From the NCBI GenBank assembly GCA_951406725.2, contig OX597830.1, forward strand, positions 64,418,001 through 64,482,000: DNA of 64,000 nt. The letters are read 5' to 3'. Position 1 is the stretch's first letter; the number at the start of each line of letters is the position of its first letter. The notes under the pieces are model-generated. The model searched no databases and was not told the origin of the DNA. It saw only the letters and a list, made by a program, of their open reading frames with translations. This stretch comes from Octopus vulgaris (lineage: Eukaryota). Both the position numbers and the translations under genes were made by a program. Below, piece after piece: positions 54,733 to 64,000 of this stretch.

Positions 54733-55059
54733 CCACCGTTCAATGAATGCCTAATGAGTAAAATCGGAAGACAAAAAACTCTGTGGAAGCCGGTTGCCTT
54801 TGCTCTGCTGAATAATTGTAACGTGACCTATCCTGCTAGAGCTAAATAATCAACGAATTGTCTCGTGGATATAAAGAAAATGCACAGGAAAACAACAGGA
54901 AAAAGGCTGATGCTTTAGATCAGTGTTTCTTAACCATTTTGTTTATCTACGGACATCTTTGATTTTTATTTTACTCGGACGGACTCTCTTAGGCGTTCGC
55001 TGTTTAAATATCAAATATCGTGTTATATATTTATAATTACAATAGGGAGAGAGATTTCT

Positions 55060-55264
55060 TTACTTGTTTCAGTCATTTGACTGCGGTCATGCTGGAGCAC
55101 CGCCTTTTAGTCGAGCAAATCGACCCCAGGACTTATTCTTTGTAAGCCTAGTACTTATTCTATCGGTTTCTTTAGCCGAGCCGCTAGGTTACGGGACCGT
55201 AAACACACTAGCTTCGATTGTTACGCAATGATGGTTGGAGGGACAAACACAGACACAAAAACAT

Positions 55265-55299
<35 letters not shown>

Positions 55300-55302
55300 C
55301 AT

Positions 55303-55349
<47 letters not shown>

Positions 55350-55507
55350 CGACGGGCTTCTTTCAGTTTCCTCCTGCCAAATCCACTCACGAGGCTTTGG
55401 TCAGCCCGAGGTTATGCAGAAGACACTTGCCCAAGGTAACACGCAGTGGGGCTGAACCCGGAAACATGTAGTTGGGAAGCAAGCTTCTCACCAAACAGCC
55501 ACTCCTG
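55060..55507 (-). mobile_element. SINE family B, full-length copy
   Basis: Reverse complement of the 25062-25470 element from head to tail. Confidence 0.85.
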
Positions 55508-55899
55508 TATAAAATATTATTTTATTATTCTATCAGTTTCAGCTGGAAGCTGTGGCCATGCTGGGGCACCGCCATTAAAATAGTTTCCTGTATTGTAGAG
55601 GTATAAGAAGTTTATTGCACCCAATATCTTATGCGGACTCCAACCGCAACATGGACCTCGAATGAGTTCCAATACTTTAGATGAACCGGTGTTGGTTTGT
55701 TTACGTCCCCGTGAGACCCGGTATGAAATAGTGCAGATATTAACTATGGTAAGAAGATAGTTTTCTAGTGTGCTGCTACTAGTGTTGTTTGTATTAGTGA
55801 CGGTGGTGGTAGAAGTAGTCTTAGTGGTCTTGGTGGAGTAGGTAGTAACGGTGAGGGTGTTGATGAGGGTGTGGTGAGGATGCGGGTGGTGGGAAAGTC

Positions 55900-56220
55900 A
55901 TTGACGGTTGTAGTAGTAGTAGTAGTAGTAGTAGTAGTGATTATGGTGGGGCTGGTGATGTCACTGGTAACAATTTTAGTGGCCGTGATATCGGTGGTGG
56001 TAGTGGTGGTGGCGGTGATGGCGGTGGCGGAGTGGTGGTGATGATGGTTTTAATAAGAGGAGTAATACCATCGGAGTATGTGATGGTAATAGTAGTCGTA
56101 GTAGTAGTATCAGCAGCAGATGCGGTAGAAGTGGTAGTAAAGTTTGTGGTGGTGAAATTTGTAGTAGTAGTAATAGTAGAGGTAGTGGCAGTAGTAGTTG
56201 CAGCAGCAGTAGTAGTAGTC

Positions 56221-56280
<60 letters not shown>

Positions 56281-56386
56281 ATTGTGGTAGTAGTGTTGAT
56301 AACAATAGGTGTTTTTGGTGGTTGTTGCTGCAGCAGCAGCAGTTGTAGTAGTAGTAGTATTAGTAATGGTGGTGGTAGTGAGTGAT

Positions 56387-56456
<70 letters not shown>

Positions 56457-56531
56457 CAGTAGTAGTTGCAGCAGCAGCAGTAGTAGTCGTAGTAGTGTTG
56501 ATAACAATAGGTGTCTTTGGTGGTTGTTGCT

Positions 56532-56562
<31 letters not shown>

Positions 56563-56595
56563 TAGTAGCAGTAGTAATAGTAGTAGTAGTAGTAA

Positions 56596-56630
<35 letters not shown>

Positions 56631-56985
56631 ATGGTGGTGGTGGAGGTAGTGACAGTGGTTGTGGTGGTGATTGATGTAGTATTGGTAGCAGCAGCAGCAG
56701 CAGCAGGTTGTGAAGCTAGCTGTGTCAGGGATCATACTGGGTTGCGGGGTTGTCGGAGGTGGGGACGGCAAACAAATCGAGGTGGGGGTAGGTGTGAGGC
56801 AGTTGTCATAACAACATGCACCGCACCTCTGTTCTCTTTCGTGGGTGCATTTTTATGGACTTAAGGGTTAGGAATAGAGTAAATAAATAAATAAATAAAT
56901 AGATAATAAAAACAAAATTGAAAACTTGACCCCCTAATCCGTTCACACTTAACACACCTCCAGCCTTCCCCATAAATGCACGTGT

Positions 56986-57027
<42 letters not shown>

Positions 57028-57252
57028 GTATATGGCCGAAACAAAAGAATATATATATATATACACATATATGTATATACACACATATATATATATATAT
57101 ATACACATATATGTATATACACACATATATATATATATATACACATATATACACATATATATACACATATATATACATACACATATATACATACACATAT
57201 ATATATATACATATATATATATACATACATATATACATACATATATACATAC

Positions 57253-57283
<31 letters not shown>

Positions 57284-57399
57284 CATAATATATATATACA
57301 TATATATATACATATATATATACATATACATATACATATATATATACATATACATATACATATATATATACATATATATATGCATATATATATATACGC

Positions 57400-57430
<31 letters not shown>

Positions 57431-57433
57431 CAT

Positions 57434-57496
<63 letters not shown>

Positions 57497-57537
57497 GTTT
57501 AAATATATATATATATTGGCTATACTGGCAATATGAC

Positions 57538-57581
<44 letters not shown>

Positions 57582-57790
57582 TATGCAGAGAGAGAGAGAG
57601 AGAGGGAGGGAGAGAGAGGGGAGAGAGGGAGAGAGATACACACATATATATATATACATACACACACGCATACATATGTATATACACACACACACATATA
57701 TATATAATATGTATAAACGTATACATAGCCAATCATATACGTATACACGCTCAATTACTCCACTATACATACACATACTCTTACTTTCTA
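55900..57790. repeat. Compound microsatellite block: (AGT/GGT/AGC)n, then (TA/CATA)n
   Basis: Direct inspection. Confidence 0.9.
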
Positions 57791-57799
57791 TCTCAATAT

Positions 57800-57836
<37 letters not shown>

Positions 57837-58479
57837 CGAAAAGGGTATATATAGATCACGCGCAAACGCACACATGCGCTCATTCCCCAGCACCGTATAT
57901 ATACGTCCAAACATTACAACTGAAAGAATTCAACACCCCTTGAAGCAATTATGAAGCAATTTAGCTGTAATCTGTATTTTTTGTTTTTTAACTCTCATGT
58001 TACACAACTTTTCAAACTGGTTTTATGCTTGTCTTTGTGTTGTTTTTAGTTTTTGCTTTTAATGGTACGTCAGGGTGAAAAAAAAATATTAAAAAGCATT
58101 CATTGTAGTATTTTCATACACTCTTTTGTATTTCAGTTTCGAACCTCAGCGAGATCACTGTTACCAATCTGGGACCCGTCGTATTATCGGGTACCTATTT
58201 CTTTACTACCCACAGAGAGAACAAACAAGGACAGACAAACGGAATAAATCGATTATATCGACTCCAGTGCGTAACTGGTACTTAATTTATCGACCCCGAA
58301 AGGATGAAAGGCAAAGTCGACCTCGGCGGAATTTGAACTCAGAACGTAACGGCAGAAGAAATACGGCTAAGCATTTCGTCCTGCGTGCTAACATTTCTGC
58401 CAGCTCGCCGCCTTGTCGTATTATCGGGTACCACATCATGCCTTTGAGATATTCGTCTACAGCCTGTTATTCTCTATTT

Positions 58480-58915
58480 CCATGAGTTCGTTTGTTAAAC
58501 TCCCCACTTCCCTCTGCATTATGCTGTATGAAGACAATCTGATGTTTCCAGTTCATTCTCAGATGATGTCTGTTCCCAAACGTCTTTTACGACATTTTCC
58601 TCTCTTCCTTTCTAAACTTCCTGTGGGAATGGTCTCAGAACAATGACTTGTAGCGCATTGTATGTCCAAAATATACTAGTTTTGTGAGATTGATTCTCGA
58701 CAATAGACTTGCAGCTTTTCTAGTACTGCAACATTTGTTATTCTGTTTTAGCAGGTTAATCTGCTAAATCCTCGGAGATCAGTAACTCAAAAGCTTCTGT
58801 TTTCATATCTATTATTGCATACATAGACCAAGTTTCTGCCTTGTAGGGGAAAACTGGCATAACATAACACTTTACTAGCCTGAATTTTAGGTGTAGTTTT
58901 GTCTTTTGAGGTGAA
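58480..58915 (-). mobile_element. RTE-clade LINE fragment (degenerate)
   Basis: KFRLVKCYVMPVFPYKAETWS...EAFEL, then a frameshifted L.YFGH.MR remnant; both are characteristic RTE C-terminal motifs. Confidence 0.8.
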
Positions 58916-59462
58916 GAAAGACCTTTATGAATATCCCTCTGTATGACAAGATCAGAAATGAGAACCTCCGGCGTGCTGGACTGCTTTCTATGATGGAAAT
59001 CCTCGCTGATAGGAATTAACTTTGCTTGGGTCACGTACACAGGATGAACAACAGAAGACTTCCCCGACAATTCCATTATTCTTAACTATGCAAGGTTAAA
59101 ATAACCACGGAAAAAAACCTAGATTGAGATTCGAAGATACTGCAAAAAGAATATGAAGCGGAAAGGAATTGAAGATGTAAATGGTAAACTGAAGCGAAAA
59201 ACCGAACAGAATGGAAAAAGCTTATCAAGTCATGCCAAAGTCACGAACAGTTATAGTCGCGACACCAGAATGCAAAGAATAATAATAATACTTTCTACAG
59301 GGATAGAGGTTAAATCGATTGCATCGACCCCGGTACCCAACTGGTACTTATTGTATCGACACCGAAAGGACGGAAGGAAAAGTCAACCCCGGCGGAATTT
59401 GAACTCAGAATGCGAAGACAGGCAAAATGCCGGCGTGCTAATGATTGTGCCAGTTCGCTACC

Positions 59463-59527
<65 letters not shown>

Positions 59528-59864
59528 CTTTTCTACTCTAGCTAGAAGGCCCGAAGTTTCTGGGGAGGGGGCAGTCGATTAGATCGACTCCAGTACGCAA
59601 CTGGTACTTAGATTATCGACCCCGAAAGAATGAAAGTCAAAGTCGACCTCGGCGGAATTATTGAATTCATTTCAAACAACTAATGTCCGTACTCCAAAAT
59701 TTTCTTGTTTTGTGTTTATTAGATTCAAGTCGGGATAAATTTTGTCAAAAGAAAATGGTACTGGGGGCAAAAAAAAATAATAATAATAAAACAGCATAAA
59801 TTATGATAATGAGCTTGTTCTTTTAGCCATAATCCTTCATTTTGCTAGGAGAATCCGACTTCAC

Positions 59865-59957
<93 letters not shown>

Positions 59958-60903
59958 ATATATGTATATTTATATATATATATATATGTATACATATATG
60001 TGTATATATACATATATGTATACATATATGTGTATATATACATCTTAGCATAGTTGTGTATAAAGATTAGACACTTGTTTATTTACAAACACACATATAT
60101 ATATATATACATATATATACATATATATATATATGTATATATATACATTATATATACATACATGTATATACATTATATACATGTGTATACATATATGTGT
60201 GCATATATTATATATATGTATATATAGATGCATACATGATATATACATACATACATTCATATATATACATATACGCACACAGATACACACAGCAATATGA
60301 ATTTTTCATCAGTTTAACGACCCTCTTAATTTTTATTAAATAAAGCAATGTCTGCTCCCTTTCAAACTTCACAGCCCACCCCCAATGAATCCAGTGAGAC
60401 CCTCCTCCTTACGTTATCCCTCTCCCCTTGCTGTGAATAACATTGATATAAGACAGTTAAACACCATGTCCCATTTGCGAATATAAAACTTCTAAACCTT
60501 CAGACTTGCAATTAAAAAATACTTCCCGCAATATATCACGTCGCCTAGAACAGAGCTTCCCAAGATTTTTCACGTTGGCAACCGACACACTTTTTAAAAA
60601 TAAAATATTTCGTGGCACATAAATTAAGTTTCGTTAACGATTAAATATCAAATCAACTTCTTTCAGTCACGTGTCTTAATTGCATACAGAGTTTGTCAGA
60701 TTTCAAGTATATTTCACAGCCACATTTTCGTAAAAGAAAAAAAAAAAATGATTATTTTTGACTTAATTGTGTAACACATGTACAGATTATCGCTGACACA
60801 GTGTGGCAAGCTTACGGTTACAACGGGTCACCTCGTTTTTACCTCTTAACATAGCTGCATACATTTATTAAACACTTAACGAGATATATTACATAGCCTA
60901 GAG

Positions 60904-61160
60904 CAGAGCTTTCCAACATTTTTACATTGGCGACACACTTTTTTAAAAATAAAAGTTTTCGCGACATTAATTAGGCATTTTTTAGCGATCAAATATTTCA
61001 TCATCTGTTTCTAGTCACGTGTCTAATTGTATATAAAGTCTTTTTTTTTTAAATCTCAAATATATTTCATAGCCACATTTTAAAAAATGAATTTAATTAG
61101 ATTTGACTTAATTGCACGGCGCACCTAGAGATAATTGCCGACACAGTTTGGAAAGATCTG
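60904..61160. mobile_element. hAT-type MITE; a diverged tandem copy lies at about 60551-60812
   Basis: TIRs CAGAGCTTTCCAAC / GTTTGGAAAGATCTG with imperfect 8-bp flanks gcctagag/gcctacgg; the block 60543-60895 is collinear with 60896-61250. Confidence 0.65.
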
Positions 61161-61518
61161 GCCTACGGTAACAACAGGTCACCTCGTTTCTTCATCTTAG
61201 CATAGTTGTGTATATAGAATAAACACTTGTTTCTTTACAAACACAGACATTAGTGCAAAATTAAAGAAACACCCGAAGGAACATTCCAGAGTTTGATATA
61301 TATAATAGGGTTAGATTATCGGATTAACATAAATTATATAAAAGCTTCTTACGTATGGAGGCTGATTCAATTTAAATAATCTTTATATATATATATAAAT
61401 AAATGAAAGAATGGAGTCGAACGAAGATGTTAACAAAATTCCTTTACTCTCGACATATGTTTCGGTTAAACGAATTTTCCATGCTGACGATAAACATAGG
61501 ATAATTCATTCACCTACT

Positions 61519-61592
<74 letters not shown>

Positions 61593-62039
61593 AATTGCTC
61601 TGTCGGGACAACGTTCTTGATCCCTTTTTCAGATCTTCCGTAACAAGTGAGGGGGAAGAAAGGAAAAGTTATTGCTGGACCAATTCTCTGAAGGCTTGCA
61701 ACAAAGTGGACTCCGTTAAAAAATACCAAAATACCCGCGAGGTTAAACAGGTAGACAAATAGGTTAAACCTAGCATCCAGTAGTTTAATGGTGGGTGGTG
61801 GATGTTGTATACAGTTACGTCCCTTTACATTCCGAATTTCAAATCCCATCCAGTCCACTATGCTCCATATCTTTCACCTTTCAAAGATCGATCACAGAAC
61901 TGGGTTTGAGCTACGAGGGAGAACCACAACTTGGTTTAACGATATGCTAAACATAAAAGCAAATCTCCCTCAAATATAAAATATTCCGTTTATAAAGTAT
62001 CCCTGTGCTTATCTATCAGTCTATCTATTTATATCTCTA

Positions 62040-62114
<75 letters not shown>

Positions 62115-62309
62115 ATCTATCTATTTATATCTCTATATCTATATCTATCTAATTATATCTCTATCTCTATATCTATCTATTTATATATCTATATCTATCT
62201 ATTTATATCTCTATATCTATCTATTTATATCTCTATATCTATCTATCTATCTATCTATCTATTTATATCTATCTATCTATCTATTTATATCTATCTATCT
62301 ATCTATTTA

Positions 62310-62437
<128 letters not shown>

Positions 62438-63800
62438 GCTCTCTCTCTCTTTCTCTCTCTTTCCCTCTCTCTATCTATCTATATGTGTATGACAATTATT
62501 TTGTTCCCTAGTGAAACTAATTTATTCCCTCTTCCGATATATGTATACATTTTCACTCCAAACTTATGAATGGCGCCGTAAATGGGAGGGCACGAGAGTG
62601 TGTCGCGGACGGAGGTGTGGTGTGAGGATTCCTCCCCACCACACCTATCTTACCCTACCCTGCCCTACCCCACTCCATGACAGTTTCTTACGGCAGGGGG
62701 AATGGTGAGGATGTGTGCATCCAACAAGCGACTCAAGAATTAGTCAACTAAGTTAAATGTCAACGAGGCGTAGGGGGGGAGCGAAAATAGGGTGGGGGAT
62801 TGAGAGGATGACGGGGGGAAACAAAACATGCAACTCCTTTGTAGTCGTTCCTTGCTTTCTTCCTTCCTTCCTTTCATCCCCGTCTCTCTCTCCCTCTCTT
62901 TCTCTGCATCCATAATTGCCTCCTTTTCCTTTGTAGATTCGCATCAAACTTCATCTTTACGCAAAAACCGACAAGGAACTCCCTGTATTAGCGGGTCTTC
63001 AAACATTTTTAAAATTCACCTATGGACCCGTTTGATTCCTATTTTATTCGGGTGGACCCTCACAGCCATTCGATGTCTAAAATCTCCTACCATATTTTTA
63101 TAATTAAAATATTTGGAATTATAATAAAAAATTGTTAAAATATTTTGTATGTTGTAGAAATGTAACTCGTTTATTGCACAAATTTTAACAACAAAACTCT
63201 ATGTGCTCCCGCCCAAGGGCCATATGGAGGCCTAAGGGTCATATAGACCACTAAGGGTCATATGAACCCCTTAAAGAAGGAAATTTTAGAATCATCTGCC
63301 AAAAACCTCCTTTAAACCCCGATTTTACATATTTAAAAAATATAAAAATAGAACACATTTGATGATTTAATCATAGATATATCACAAATAAGACGGAGAA
63401 GGTCATGGTTGGAAGGTCTCTAATCATAGCCAAGACCTGAATAATCACGGCTCATTTGAGGTCTAAAGAAAAGCAACACCCACACACGCTTGTTCACACG
63501 CATACATTCATACGTATACATACTCACACCCATACTGGTGCACCCAAGCACGCTTACACTCATACGTACACATCAAGACATGCATACACACACACACACA
63601 CACACAAAACACACATATACATACACATGCACATTGAACAGAAGTCAATGGTGACCCAGGCAGTGAAAATCAACACCTTGATATAGAGAAGTATTGTTTT
63701 ATTCGGGGTGGAAATCTACCCAGGTAATACAAGTAGATTTTACGTGCACTCTATAACACTAAACAATGTGTTGTTACAGTTCGGATTAATTCGTTCTGTC

Positions 63801-63843
<43 letters not shown>

Positions 63844-64000
63844 CGATGCGTGCATGTGTGTGGAAATATGTGTGTGTTTTCTCAGTATCTTAGTGAAAAT
63901 GGTGTTGGATGGGCAGAATCGTTTGAGCGTCCGATAAAATGTGTTTGTCCCCGCTCTTTGCGTTCTGTTTTTCCAATCCCGCTGAGGTTGACTTGTCCGA

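Overview
Eukaryotic, AT-rich and saturated with microsatellites ((TA)n, (CA)n, (TATG)n, (AAT)n, (GGT)n, (GAT)n). The repeat families look like those of an octopod (Octopus) genome; this is recognition from memory, not a database result. Nearly all ORFs in the supplied track are microsatellite artefacts. The only convincing host coding sequence is a minus-strand gene for a probably secreted multi-vWA matrix protein (collagen VI/XII/matrilin-like), with two clean phase 1-1 exons (37078-36497 and 19880-19314), each one vWA domain with an intact MIDAS motif, plus candidate small exons. The rest is intron or intergenic DNA holding four tRNA-derived SINE families, RTE and R4/Dong-like LINE fragments, piggyBac-, Tc1/mariner- and hAT-type MITEs, a non-autonomous Helitron and a decayed 18S rRNA fragment. 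The most notable unannotated signal is a set of minimal type I hammerhead-ribozyme motifs of the Penelope-like-element kind, from several unrelated sequence families; two have complete cores (30037-30079 minus, 54228-54288 plus). They include a head-to-head fold-back element (14648-15242) whose arms join a tRNA-like Pol III head, an (AAT)n spacer and a hammerhead-bearing tail. Repeat boundaries are approximate because they were read by eye.
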